In this document: piece by piece, positions 41,870 through 53,802 of the stretch
Numbering within the stretch: the stretch's first letter is position 1
How the letters are laid out: each line of letters opens with the position of its first letter
NCBI GenBank assembly: GCA_946965045.2
Contig: OX337228.1
Coordinates: 4,774,001-4,838,000, forward strand
DNA: 64,000 nt
DNA from: Epithemia pelagica
Taxonomy: Eukaryota; Protista; Bacillariophyta
Direction: 5' to 3'
Translations under genes and position numbers: made by a program
Notes under the pieces: model-generated
What the model saw: the letters and a program-made list of their open reading frames with translations, nothing else
Database searches by the model: none
Told to the model about the DNA's origin: nothing

Positions 41870-44824
41870 CTATTTCGAAGATCCTTGTCTACGCTCATCG
41901 ATGAAATCAAGTTCCCAAAAATCGGCTGGTGTTTCGGGAGGAGTAAAACGTGCCCGATGACGACTGAATTGAATTGTATTCTGGCTGTTGACAAGATTGT
42001 CTCCAGATCGACGCAACACCTCATAAAAGGCTCGACATTCTGGACAATCACGACAAGGCAGACCTTGCCGCTCAGATTTACATCGAACGACTTCTTGGTA
42101 CTTGTATTCTGTTCCATTATTTGACGTCGCTTCTGGTTTCGGTTGAGCTGAATTGCGTGAGCCATGGTCAAGGTCTGCCCAGAGACCAGATGCTGTCTCC
42201 GATCTGGTTGTGGTGGAGGGAGCAGACCGCCGTCTTTTCGAAACCCACGTGGAGGAAGTTGTCGTATTATCGGTTTTCGCCTGCTCAAACGGCCCAAACC
42301 GTTTTCTCTTTTTGTCTGGGCTCTTGCCTTGGACGGTCGCCATTTCTCGGAGAAATGTCCGCGTCGGTACGTTTGAAACCCATGCTTGTCCTTTTCTGGT
42401 GGTGATGTTTTTTGTAGTCGAAGTACCATTGCCGTTGTCATCGCGAGGAAGGTTGGTCAAATCTGCAAGTGGGAGTTTGCGAAGTTTTGATGACCTTCGT
42501 GATGAGACCTCGTCTTCCGTTTCAGGAGGTGTGGTGTCTTTTGCGTTCCTCCCCTCTTTACTTGTTGAGTCATCAGTGAGTGGACTGGGGGACGACGGAC
42601 GTCCAGTTTGCAAATTATGAGGCTCTGCGAAGCCACGATTGCTCTTGTCGTTGAGGCAGCGGTCTTGACTCGACCAATTGGCGGATCTCGAAACGTCTCT
42701 TGCAGACTTGTGTTGTTGCGTTGCCTCTAACAAATTTTGGGACCCATCCAGGTCATCTTGCGTGGATTTCTGTGTCGGTGGCTGCTCGGGTCCCTCCGTA
42801 ACGGGCAAAGTAGGAGCGACACATTCAACACAAAACGGAATGGACTCGTCCGTCGGTGGTTTTGATCCCATGCCAGTCGATTTGTCGTTTGGACTGGATT
42901 CGGATGGACCTGGCAACTTGCTTTCCGGCGAAGGATTCTGTTGTTTCTTGCGCATGCTTTTCTCGCCAGACACTTTTGAGACCTTTCGCATATGGGTTGT
43001 GATTCCCGTCACTGTGGATGTGGATCTACCGGAACCTTGTGATATAGATAGGGCACCCACTTGGTCGTTCGTCTTGTTTTCGCTTGCGCCAGCGGTGGCT
43101 CCCTCCTGACCAAGTTCCGTCGTGGTTTGCAGCAATTCCGCTGTATTCGTGACACTGTTGCTTCGCTTATATCTGGATGCTGCTATGAAGGGCGCAACTG
43201 GAAGGGAATGTATCTGTTGGTCTAAAAAGGCTTGAGTTTGATGAAACTCCTTGGCCATTGTATCCTTGGTCTTTTGCAAGGCTTCCACATAGTGCTCTCG
43301 AACTTGAGTGCAGTAAAAGTGAAACTCTTGCATTAAGTGTTCTCGCAAATCTCGCATGTTGACAGATTCGTCCAACCGATCCGCAGAAGCTAAAATTGAG
43401 GTATTGATGATTGGTTCTGATTCTGGTGAATTGGTTGCAACTCCTTGTGGATTTGTCGTTATTGCTAGTGTGGACTCGGTCGTGTTGCTTGTCGTCGAGG
43501 TAGTGGCGACATGTTGCTGGTTGCCACTTGGGGTACCCTTTGTTTGTGAAGCGATATTTAAAGGCACGGCATGGTCGACTTTAGTTACCACCGTTTCGTC
43601 TTGAATGGGCATCAATGAGGTTGGATCGTCTCTTGGTTTGTTGTTTGCCTTGAGTGGTTTGTTGGGATGATTCTGTGGTACATCCGTCAAACGTGGTGGT
43701 AAGCTATTGTCCTGTATTTTTTCGGTTTGATCGTTTTCACTCCCCGTAGCCGTAGCAGAGGAGATGGCAGTCTTTTTTGTTACAGTACGTTTGCTCCTTC
43801 GTTTCAAAGACGGTTTGGTGGATGATGTTGTTGTGGATTCCCCGCCGTCACAAGGCCGAGAGGGATGCTCTACCGCTTTGGGTGGTTCCTGTTGTAAAGT
43901 GGATGCGACTGACGCATGTTCTTGCGGGGAAGGAGTCACGGGTGTTGTTTTCCGAGTAACAATTGGTTTTCGAGCTTGACAGACAATGCATCGACGAGCT
44001 TTTGGTTCATTCTCCAAGGTACATTTGGAACACGTCCACGGTCCGTGATCCATGGATTTCCTTTTTGATTCGGTCCGTTTCGATGGCGCTTTTCGAGTTT
44101 TGGTGCTTCTCTTGCTGGTAGTTGCTTTGGGTGACGTGGCATGTTTGGTCGTTGTTCGTTTTCGTTTGGTCGGCGAGTGTTTGCTCTTCGTGGACTGCTT
44201 GCCGGTTGCTGTTGTTGTCGTTGTTGACGACGAAAAGGAAGTTGAAGAAATTGTGGATTCTGTGGCAGGGCTCGGAGAATTGATGTGGGACACAGGAGCC
44301 GAACTGTCGCTGATTGCTTGTGATTTCGTGGTCGTCTCGGCCTCCTGGTCATTCTGTGGTTTGTTCTTTTTGCCAGAGACATTTGAGATGGGTGGTGCCA
44401 CTGGCACTGATGGGGTTTCAATTGAGGCGGCAGACGTAGTGTCACTGTCGATTGGTCCTGCAGAACTTGGTGGCGAATGGGACTTGTTGCCATTCATGTT
44501 CGTGGTGGAAGTTGGCGGTACGGTCTCGCTCAGTAGAGTATCGTTTGTTTCTTCATGGCCATCCTGGTGTGGTTCACTCGTCTCCACGGGAGCTTTTTCT
44601 CTGTCGCATTGGACGGGTGCTGTCGTGGCCACCTCTTCGTTCGGCTCCTCACTTTTTCGGTCCGTGCTTGTCGTCGTATCCTTGGTCCGTTGCAACTGGA
44701 ACGAATGACGCAACCGCGTAATGTTCTTCAGTTGCTCATACAAGGGCACAGACTTGGCCTTGGATTTTCTGGCACTGCCTCGTTTGAAGGTAGTATCATC
44801 CGGTTTCGTTGGTTCCACGGGCAT
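41870..44824 (-). CDS. CtIP/SAE2/COM1-like DNA end-resection protein with a RanBP2-type zinc finger
   Basis: C-terminal YKYQEVVR..CPECRAFY..SRHRARF..PETPADFW (SAE2 domain); WTCSKCTLEN..RCIVC zinc finger; ATG 44824. Confidence 0.85.
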   Translation of the reverse strand: MPVEPTKPDDTTFKRGSARKSKAKSVPLYEQLKNITRLRHSFQLQRTKDTTTSTDRKSEEPNEEVATTAPVQCDREKAPVETSEPHQDGHEETNDTLLSETVPPTSTTNMNGNKSHSPPSSAGPIDSDTTSAASIETPSVPVAPPISNVSGKKNKPQNDQEAETTTKSQAISDSSAPVSHINSPSPATESTISSTSFSSSTTTTTATGKQSTKSKHSPTKRKRTTTKHATSPKATTSKRSTKTRKAPSKRTESKRKSMDHGPWTCSKCTLENEPKARRCIVCQARKPIVTRKTTPVTPSPQEHASVASTLQQEPPKAVEHPSRPCDGGESTTTSSTKPSLKRRSKRTVTKKTAISSATATGSENDQTEKIQDNSLPPRLTDVPQNHPNKPLKANNKPRDDPTSLMPIQDETVVTKVDHAVPLNIASQTKGTPSGNQQHVATTSTTSNTTESTLAITTNPQGVATNSPESEPIINTSILASADRLDESVNMRDLREHLMQEFHFYCTQVREHYVEALQKTKDTMAKEFHQTQAFLDQQIHSLPVAPFIAASRYKRSNSVTNTAELLQTTTELGQEGATAGASENKTNDQVGALSISQGSGRSTSTVTGITTHMRKVSKVSGEKSMRKKQQNPSPESKLPGPSESSPNDKSTGMGSKPPTDESIPFCVECVAPTLPVTEGPEQPPTQKSTQDDLDGSQNLLEATQQHKSARDVSRSANWSSQDRCLNDKSNRGFAEPHNLQTGRPSSPSPLTDDSTSKEGRNAKDTTPPETEDEVSSRRSSKLRKLPLADLTNLPRDDNGNGTSTTKNITTRKGQAWVSNVPTRTFLREMATVQGKSPDKKRKRFGPFEQAKTDNTTTSSTWVSKRRRSAPSTTTRSETASGLWADLDHGSRNSAQPKPEATSNNGTEYKYQEVVRCKSERQGLPCRDCPECRAFYEVLRRSGDNLVNSQNTIQFSRHRARFTPPETPADFWELDFIDERRQGSSK

Positions 44825-45040
44825 GACTAATCGGTCCTTTTGGTTTGGCTTCTTGTTGGTTGTTTGAGAAAAGGAGAAGGAAAACATGCCCCCTCTGCTC
44901 TGGATTCACGCCGGCCGGCTCAAAAGTTTGGGCGCAGCCCGACGTCATGTCCGCATATGAGTCGCTGGTATGAGATCAAACATACCCGGATGTCGCAACT
45001 TTTTCTCGCGCAGAAATCCGTACAACAATGGTGTCCCAAC

Positions 45041-46879
45041 ATGGAGCAGAACAAGAATGATGTATCAAGATTGTTGAGGAGGAATCATTGGACGTTGGTG
45101 CTTTCCGTATTTTCCGTGAGTACGGCCGCCAAAGTGTTGCTCTTCCCCGCCTACCGATCGACGGATTTTGACGTGCACAATCACTGGAAATCCTTGACTC
45201 GGCACTTTCACAATCAATCCGAAGAATGGTACTTTGATGACGACCATGTCCAAACCGTTCACACGTTGGATTATCCGCCTGCCTTTGCATGGTTCGAGTA
45301 TCTGTGGTCGAACAATTACGTAACAGACCTTCTTGTTCGTTCCGACTCCTCGTGGCTCGACAAGACATGCTTGGAACTCAAACCGTCGTCACACTCTCCA
45401 CTGGAACATTCCGTGCCATGTGTTGCGTTTATGCGTACGACAGTCTTATTGAGTGAAGTAGTATATTGGGTTGCCTGCTATATCTGGGCCTGCTTGATTG
45501 GGAAACATTATAACCAGAGCCAAGAATCAAACCTAAACGACCGAGACGCGGCCAAGGTCAACAGCAACGACACATTTTCCTGGACGTGTTTCTTACTCTT
45601 GTCCTTGAATCCTGCCATTTTATGGCTAGATCACGTACACTTTCAATACAATGGGTTCTTGCTGGGGATTCTGTTACTCTCCTTGGCCTGTCTATGGCAA
45701 GGTGTTACCCAAAAATCCTGGGCTCTCTTTCATTTCCATCACTTGGCGGGAGCTTTCTTGTTTGCCCTTCTTCTGACACTCAAACATTTGTACATTGTAC
45801 TGTCTCTGTGGTATTTCTGCTATCTGCTGCGCCGATATTGCTTTGTCACGGTCATGACTACGTCGCAGGAACAAGGCAAACCTGTCTCGAACACCAACCG
45901 TCTTGTATTTTCTGTTCCCCGATTGATTGTCTTGGGCGTCGTTACGGTCATGACCTTGGTGATTCCGTTTCTACCACTGGTCATGGGCGCTGCGCAACGA
46001 CATGCCGACCAAGAAGGGCCTGTAGTAACACTGTTTCGTCGCATTGGTCAACGACTGTTCCCGTTTGGACGAGGTCTGGTCCATGATTATTGGGCGGGCA
46101 ACATTTGGGCCTTGTACATGGTATTGGTAAAGCTCAAGTTGCCCATAGCCTTGTGGTCTCCTGACGACTTTCCACCCAACCTTGTTGCTGTGTTCCTCCT
46201 TGTCTCTCTTCTTCCCGGATGTTGGTCCGCCTGGAAAACAGCAGCGCGGGCCGACCATTTGATGCTACATGGTCCTCAGACACGACGACCTTTGGACCCG
46301 TCGACATTGCCTCATGCGGACTTGTTGTCGGGGGTCTCTTACTCAGCTCTGGCGTCCTTCATGACGGCATATCATGTTCACGAAAAAGCCATTGTCACAA
46401 CCTTGTTGCCACTGACATTGTGGGCACTTGTCACCACCACAAGTGCAAACTCCCCAAAACACAACAACAACACACGACATGGATTGCTGCTGTTTCGGGT
46501 ACAGGCCTGGGGGCTTACGGGACTCCTACCGCTGCTTTTTCCAGCGTCGGAATGGGGCATGAAGTTGGTGACACTCACAGGCTATTTGGTGTATTTGCAC
46601 TACGCGGTGCTTGCGAGAGAACCGAAAACCCAATCCTTGGATCAACGCGTTGCCAAGTTCGATACCCATGGAAGTATTTTGAGACTCGTGTTCACACCAC
46701 AACAGGAGGTATACTTTGTTACCATTACTGTTATCTGCGTTGTAGTGCTTCTCGAGTTTGTTCCGATATCAATCTTTGGAAGGTTTGAGTTTATGCCCTT
46801 AGCCCTGACTAGCTTGGTTGTGGCATCTGGTCTCTGTGTGTCCTCTCTGGAGTTGCTTTACATAACTCTCTGGACGTAG
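45041..46879 (+). CDS. ALG8: Dolichyl-P-Glc:Glc1Man9GlcNAc2-PP-Dol alpha-1,3-glucosyltransferase
   Basis: PAYRSTDFDVHNHW, TLDYPPAFAWFEY, LDHVHFQYNG, RLFPFGRGLVHDYWAGN, YHVHEKAI; multiple TMs. Start uncertain. Confidence 0.9.
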   Translation: MEQNKNDVSRLLRRNHWTLVLSVFSVSTAAKVLLFPAYRSTDFDVHNHWKSLTRHFHNQSEEWYFDDDHVQTVHTLDYPPAFAWFEYLWSNNYVTDLLVRSDSSWLDKTCLELKPSSHSPLEHSVPCVAFMRTTVLLSEVVYWVACYIWACLIGKHYNQSQESNLNDRDAAKVNSNDTFSWTCFLLLSLNPAILWLDHVHFQYNGFLLGILLLSLACLWQGVTQKSWALFHFHHLAGAFLFALLLTLKHLYIVLSLWYFCYLLRRYCFVTVMTTSQEQGKPVSNTNRLVFSVPRLIVLGVVTVMTLVIPFLPLVMGAAQRHADQEGPVVTLFRRIGQRLFPFGRGLVHDYWAGNIWALYMVLVKLKLPIALWSPDDFPPNLVAVFLLVSLLPGCWSAWKTAARADHLMLHGPQTRRPLDPSTLPHADLLSGVSYSALASFMTAYHVHEKAIVTTLLPLTLWALVTTTSANSPKHNNNTRHGLLLFRVQAWGLTGLLPLLFPASEWGMKLVTLTGYLVYLHYAVLAREPKTQSLDQRVAKFDTHGSILRLVFTPQQEVYFVTITVICVVVLLEFVPISIFGRFEFMPLALTSLVVASGLCVSSLELLYITLWT

Positions 46880-47009
46880 CTCACAAGTTTTGAAAGATAC
46901 ACAAACGCCTACGAAACGTGTAATTCAATAGCCCATAGAACAAAATTGAGACTACCAATAATACAACTCTTTACATTTCTGTGTTCGTGCTTCAAAGTTT
47001 GCAACTAAA

Positions 47010-50000
47010 CTAAGCTGCCTCGACGGATTTTGCAGCTCGCTCCATGAGTACTCGCTTGTAGTCGTGTGGCATGACTTTCACAAAACTACCAACACGAGAA
47101 TCCCAGTTATCAAGCATCTGCTGGCCAACTGAACTTCCTGTAACATCAGCATGCTCCTTGATATAGTTGCGCAATTCTTCGGCCTCTTCCTTGTCTTCTA
47201 TGGTCTCAAGCGCAACCAGCCCCATGTTGCATCGGTCAGGGAATGCTCCTTCAGGGTCGTAAATGTACGCAACTCCACCGCTCATACCGGCCGCAAAGTT
47301 TCGGCCAGTTTCTCCGAGGCAAATCATTTTACCGCCCGTCATGTACTCGCAACCATGATCACCGACTCCTTCCACGACGGCAACTGCTCCTGAATTTCTC
47401 ACGCAGAAACGTTCTCCTGCCTTTCCTCTAAAGAACGCTTTTCCTGATGTGGCACCATAGAGGCACACGTTACCAACAATGACGTGATCTTCTGGATGGA
47501 ATCCACTTGAAACAACGTCTGGAGCAGGGTACACGGCAATCTTTCCACCTGAAAGACCCTTACCACAGTAGTCGTTCGCATCGCCCTCCACAGTCATAGT
47601 GATTCCCTTCGCAAGAGTGAATGCCATGGACTGACCAGCATGTCCTTTCAACTTCAATTGAATGGTGTCGTCAGGGAGCCCTTCTTTTCCATATTTCTTG
47701 GACACATTGTAAGAAAGCATGGTTCCAAGAGTACGCTGGACGTTCTCAATTTCATCTTCAATTACCACTGGGCTCGCATTTTCAAGTGCATCTGCCGCCT
47801 TTTCAATGAACTGGTTGTCCTTGGCAATATCGATTCCATGGTATTGAGTGGTCAAATTACGGACTCCAGCAGAAGGATTAAGTTCTGATGCTGGGATGAG
47901 AAGAGGCGACAAGTCAAGCCCTCTGCTCTTGTAATGCTGTCCCTTTTTGTTGATTTCCAAATTTTGCGTCTGTCCCACCATATCTGCCATGGAACGGTAA
48001 CCTAGCTTTGCCATGATCTCTCTAACTTCCTCCGCAAGAAGGAAGAAGTAATTCATAACGTGTTCTGGTTGTCCAGAGAATTTGCGTCTCAACTCTTCAT
48101 CTTGAGTAGCAATACCAACGGGGCATGTGTTCAAATGGCATTTGCGCATCATGATACATCCCATTGTGATCAATGGCGCTGTTGCGAAGCCGAATTCCTC
48201 AGCTCCTAGCAAACATGCAACTGCAACATCGCGACCGGTCTTTAGCTGTCCATCGGTTTGAAGTTTCACGCGATCACGCAAGCCATTCAACACCAACGTT
48301 TGTTGAGTTTCGGCAAGACCCAATTCCCATGGAAGCCCGGCACCCTTCACTCCTGTCCAGGCTGCAGCCCCGGTTCCTCCGTCGTGACCACTGATTGTGA
48401 TATGGTCGGAGAGAGCCTTTGCGACACCTGCAGCCACTACCCCTACACCAACTTCAGAAACGAGTTTCACCGACACTTCTCCTGTGGGCTGGGCATTCTT
48501 CAAGTCATGAATGAGTTGGGCAAGATCTTCAATCGAATAAATATCGTGATGGGGAGGAGGAGAGATCAATCCAACACCTGGAGTTGTGTGACGGTTCTCG
48601 GCAATGTATTCAGAAACTTTGAACCCGGGGAGCTCTCCACCTTCTCCTGGTTTGGCACCTTGAGCCATCTTGATTTGGATCTGGTCACTGTTTGCTAGAT
48701 AATGGGAGGTGACTCCGAATCGGCCCGATGCTACTTGCTTGATACTGGACCTCCTATTGTCAAGGAAGCGCTTTGGATCCTCACCACCTTCCCCAGTGTT
48801 CGATCGTCCTCCGAGGGCATTCATGGCAACAGCCAGCGTTTCATGTGCTTCCTGACTGATGGATCCAAGAGACATGGCTCCAGTAGCAAAACGCTTCACA
48901 ATTTCGCTAGCAGGTTCAACCTCGTCCAAGGGAATGGATCGGGAGGGATCAAACTTGAACTTGAGTTGTCCACGTAGTGTCACCTTTTGGTTCTGCTCAT
49001 TCGTCAAACGAGCAAATTCCTTGTATGCATCGCGCGAGTTTGTCCTGGCAGCAATTTGAAGGTTCACCATGCCATTTGGAGTATTCAAATGGGCTTCACC
49101 ACCGTCGCGGAAGTGGAACTGACCATCACTACGGACAAGATCGTCAAATTCAACAGTGCCTGGTGGGAAAGCCGATTCATGATAACGTTCGAGATCACGG
49201 TAAATTGCTTCGAAATCACTTCCCTGAATACGAGTGGTTGTTCCGGTGAAGCATCGATCAACAACTTCTTCCGCCAGACCAACCGCCTCAAACACTTGTG
49301 CACCCTTGTAACTCTGCAAGGTCGAGATACCCATTTTGCTCATTACCTTCAAAAGACCCTTGGCTGCTGCCTTGCGGTAGTTCTTGATCACTTCGTCATC
49401 GGTGAACTGCTCCTTGGCCTTGGCTTCAACCATTCCATCGGAATTCATCTTGCAAATGGCTTCATAGGCCATGTATGGCGACACACCATCACATCCATAG
49501 CCAAACAATGTTGCAAAGTCATGCACCTCCTTGGCATCACCAGCCTCGGCAAGAATGGCAGCCTTCGGGCGCTGCTTCGTCTTAAGGAGATGTTGATGAA
49601 CGGCACCCACAGAAAGAAGAGAAGGTAAAGGCATTCGATCAGGACCAGCAAACTTGTCAGATAATATGATACCCTCAGCACCAGGAACGTTAAAATCACC
49701 CTGAATCGCGTCAGCTGCTTCGTCGCATATTCGTTCAAGAGCCTGTTGGAATCAAATGAGTGAGATGATCGAATCAGCAATCGACAAATTGGTGATACAC
49801 TCGTACTTACCTGAAGCATTCCGTCTGGACCACTTCCAACAGGGAAGGTGGCATCGATCACTACAGTCTTGAAAGCTCTTGTTCCGTCAGGACGTTTGAT
49901 CTCCTGGTTTTTGAGCGTTTCCATCTCATCCAGAGTCAGGACGGGGTGGCGCAGTACCAGTCTTTCACAGTGGCGTTGACTGGAATCCGAGAGCAAGTTC

Positions 50001-51988
50001 TCTTCGGGGCCAATGGGACAGACCAAACTCATGACAATCTCTTCACGAATGGGGTCAATGGGCGGGTTGGTCACCTGGGCAAACAACTGTTTGAAGTAAT
50101 CATTGACTTGTCGAGGTTGTTCCGACAAAACAGCAAGCGCCGCGTCATTGCCCATACTTCCGAGGGCTTCTTTCCCACCAACAGCCATGGGCAAAAGCAA
50201 CATTTCCAGCTTTTCGCTACTGAATCCAAACATGTTCAACTTGCGATTTGTCTGTTGAAAGTCCATGGGTTCAGCAGTTTCACCCATACCAGTAGACATG
50301 TACTCTTCCAGATCCACAATTCCATTCTTCACCCATTCACCATACGGGTGTCGAGCAGCAATCTGTTCCTTGATTTCGTCGTCCGGGACAATACGTTGTG
50401 TTTCAAAGTCCACCAAAAACATTTTTCCTGGCTCCAAACGATGTTTGATCTTCACTTCCGAATCTGGCACTTCGGGGCAGACACCCACTTCCGAAGCCAA
50501 CATGACATGGTCATCTTTCGTAACATAGTATCGTGAGGGTCGAAGACCATTCCTATCCAGCGTGGCACCAATGTAGCGACCATCCGTAAAGGCAACCATG
50601 GCCGGTCCGTCCCAGGGCTCCATGACGCAAGAATTGTATTCGTAAAAGGCCTTCTTCGAGTCTGATAGGTAAATGTTATCTTGCCAGGCTTCTGGAATCA
50701 TCATCATGACAGCTTCGGGAAGACTGCGGTTCGAACCTTTGGTCAAAAGTTCCAGGACGGAGTCAAAGTTTCCCGAGTCACTCATATTGTCCGATGTGGC
50801 GGGCAGCAAGTGGCTTGTATCGTCCTTGAAAAAGGGAGATTCCATGATCCCTCCACGACTGTACATCCAGTTCTTATTTCCTCGCAACGTGTTGATTTCC
50901 CCATTGTGACACATCATCCGAATGGGTTGGGCACGTTCCCACGAGGGAAAGGTATTGGTCGAAAAACGAGAATGCACCAGCGCCAAGTGTGAGGTAAAGC
51001 TCGGATCCTGGAGATCCAAAAAGTACTGGGACACTTGGTCGGGCGTCAACTGTCCCTTGTAGACAATGTGTGTGGAAGTCAAAGAGTTGATGTAGAATCC
51101 ACTTTCTGGTCCCATAAAGGTGGCGACCTCATCTTCGGCCATTTTGCGAATCTGCACGAGATCTCGTTCAAAGGCTTGATGAGACTTGTTGGATGATCCA
51201 TTGATCATAAACAATTGTTCGGTAATAGGTTCCGAGTCGAGAGGGTCCTTTCCCAGAGAGGAATTGTCGACGGGGACTTTTCTCCAACCCACGACACTGT
51301 GCTTCTTGGCACGCACGAGCCGTTCGACCACACCCTTGAGCTCACTGAGCTTGCCGGAAGTTTCGGAACCAGGAGGGAAAAAGATATTACTAACCGCGTA
51401 CTCTCCAGCCGCTGGAAGCTCAGTTCCAAACAAGAGCTGAGCTTCCCCACGCATAAAACTGTCGGGCATCCCAAACAACATTCCTGTTGGCACATACACA
51501 CACACAAGCGTCATTTGGCTTTAGAGACACTGCTACTCCCAGCAATTCCCCGTTTCGACCTCAAACAACAAGTACGTACCTGATCCATCCCCCGAGGCTG
51601 GATCACATCCACACCCTCCACGATGAGACATGCGAACCAGCATTTCATCGGCTTTTTCGACAATGTCACGACTAGGCACCGACTTGAGCGAGGCAATCAA
51701 TCCTACACCACAATTTTCCGTCTCCTTGTCAGGAGCATACAAAGCCTTGGGGACACTTGTGGTGGTGGTGGAACGCCCATCCTGTCTTCGGAGCTCCACC
51801 GCACGTTCGGTGCTGTACCAGAGAAGCGATTGTTGGTTCCCCCGAAGCATGTGTGGCGCCAAGATGCGACTCCGACGACCCAGGCCCCGAAGAATGCCAT
51901 TGCTTTGTCGTCCGAGAAGGGCTCTCTGAGCAGATCGAGCCGACTGGACGGCGGACGACGAAGAAACGATCCTGCTAGCAAAAAACAT
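47010..51988 (-). CDS. gltB: Glutamate synthase large (alpha) subunit, probably mitochondrial; exons 51988-51580, 51483-49811, 49742-47010 (~1604 aa)
   Basis: ENCGVG catalytic Cys, HSRFSTNT, HNGEINT, GAMSLGSIS, IKMAQGAKPGEGG, CIMMRKCHLNTCPVG (3Fe-4S), GXGXG C-domain. Introns 51579-51484 and 49810-49743 restore the frame. No beta-subunit fused. Confidence 0.96.
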
Positions 51989-52545
51989 GGTGGTCACAAC
52001 GCTGCTGCTCTTGTTCTATTTGGAAGTGGATCAATAGTTTGTCGTCTTCTAGTGTGCGCTATGCGAAGAAAGAGGTGTGCAAATGCAGAATAATGGTCGT
52101 CAGAATCAAAAAAGAGAGTGATTGGTCTATTATTAGTGGACCCGACAATGGCCGAACAAACCAAACACCAAACAACAATGAGCGATGCAAATACATCAAG
52201 AAACATGGCGCGAGGGGAGACGGACGGAGAGAGATGATGTACACTCTATCACTCAAGAATTTAATTTTGAGCGTGATGTAAAGTGTTCCTACAGCGAACT
52301 GTGTTATAAAAAGTCTCCATGAATGATGGGACCAACCGCTCCAGAGTCGACCAAGAATTGGTCCTTTCCGCCTGGTTGTGCCACGTATCTTTGTTCTCTC
52401 TCCCCGATCTCCTTCCTACCGACGTACTTGAGTCGCAGAAACGACGGCCTGCGATTGCTGCGCCGGCCCATCGACCATCCACCCTCGACGATCGATCCAA
52501 CGGAAGACAAACAAAGGGATTGAATGCTCTTCTGTGTTGACCATC

Positions 52546-53316
52546 ATGTCGGACCATTCGCATTCGCTCGGCGGCGGCGAATCCTCCTCGTCGTCACTCC
52601 GTCCCTTATCGTGTGACTTGTCGATTCTCAGTGATGCGAATGGATCGGCGGTATGGAAATCGGGAGGGACCATGGTATTGGCCTCCTGTCATGGCCCCAC
52701 GGCTCCCCGACAGGCCCAATCGATCGCAGGAGTGTCGGATGCCAAGGACGGAACGGAGAGTCGCGTCCTGGTACAAGTTCTGGTACCATCGAATTTACGT
52801 CATTCATCGGAGTGGGAAATCTTCTTGACCAATGTCCTTTCGGCATGTGTCCGGACCGAATCCTGTCCGGAACATTCCGTGATTCAAGTTGTATTGCAAA
52901 TCCAATCCGACGACGGCTCCCTCCTCGCCGCGTGCGTACACGCATCCGTGTCGGCCTTGATGGATGCCTCGATTGAATTGAACTATCTTCCAGTGGCAGT
53001 GACCTGTCTTGTGTCTGGAGGAACGAACGACTGTCATTTGGACCCGACCTTGGCCCAAGAGGATCAGGATGAGGCAGGCTTGTTGACCATGATTGTCGTC
53101 CTCCACAACAATACTAGTCCAGGAGCCAAGGATTCGGTGTCGAGAATGGGGGGAATCTGGACGTCTGGAATCCAGGCAAGTCCCCAGGATATTTTGAAAT
53201 GCTGGAAGTTGGCCAAACAAGCGGCCCCGGCAGTCACGGCCTTTTGGCGAATGGCCTTGACGCACAAACACCAACGCCATGCCACGACATTGTTTTATGG
53301 AATGAACCATTCATGA
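52546..53316 (+). CDS. RRP46: Exosome complex RNase PH-like subunit Rrp46 (EXOSC5)
   Basis: LRPLSCDLSILSDANGSA..VLASCHGP, IQVVLQIQSDDGSLLAACVHASVSALMDASI, LDPT. Confidence 0.85.
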   Translation: MSDHSHSLGGGESSSSSLRPLSCDLSILSDANGSAVWKSGGTMVLASCHGPTAPRQAQSIAGVSDAKDGTESRVLVQVLVPSNLRHSSEWEIFLTNVLSACVRTESCPEHSVIQVVLQIQSDDGSLLAACVHASVSALMDASIELNYLPVAVTCLVSGGTNDCHLDPTLAQEDQDEAGLLTMIVVLHNNTSPGAKDSVSRMGGIWTSGIQASPQDILKCWKLAKQAAPAVTAFWRMALTHKHQRHATTLFYGMNHS

Positions 53317-53802
53317 GGGTCTTTATACGTTTGCAATCCAACAACTCATGTCACAATGACAATGCCAATGACGAGCTTGCCATGTTCAGAAGGCCCTTAT
53401 CGTGATGGTTGACAGGGACAGTGCACAGCCAGGGGCCTTTTCCCAAACATTTTCCCATGAAAGAAAAGGTAAGAAGGATTTGCCACTGCTGTCGCAACTG
53501 CTACCAGAGCCTACTCCTCGCATTCTGGTGTGTGGATTGGTGCGTTCGAGAGGATCGACAATTCTAGCTAGACCGCCAATGGTCTACTTAATCAACGCAC
53601 TTGTCTCATTTGACGCTTGCTTCGAGGATAGAAACATAAAGATAGTCTTGACAAGAGGGGGAGACTTGACTGTAGTCCTAATGGATGGATAAAGAGAAAA
53701 GAGAAGGCAGCATCTCAACTCTCAACCTTTCTTTCGAAGGAGTGAGCAGCTAGCAACAGTAGTTTTTCGGACAAGAACCTCCTCCTCCACCGTCCACACA
53801 CG

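Noticed and set aside
48987-50536. 200-aa + strand ORFs opposite GOGAT
   Set aside because: Antisense shadows of a conserved CDS.
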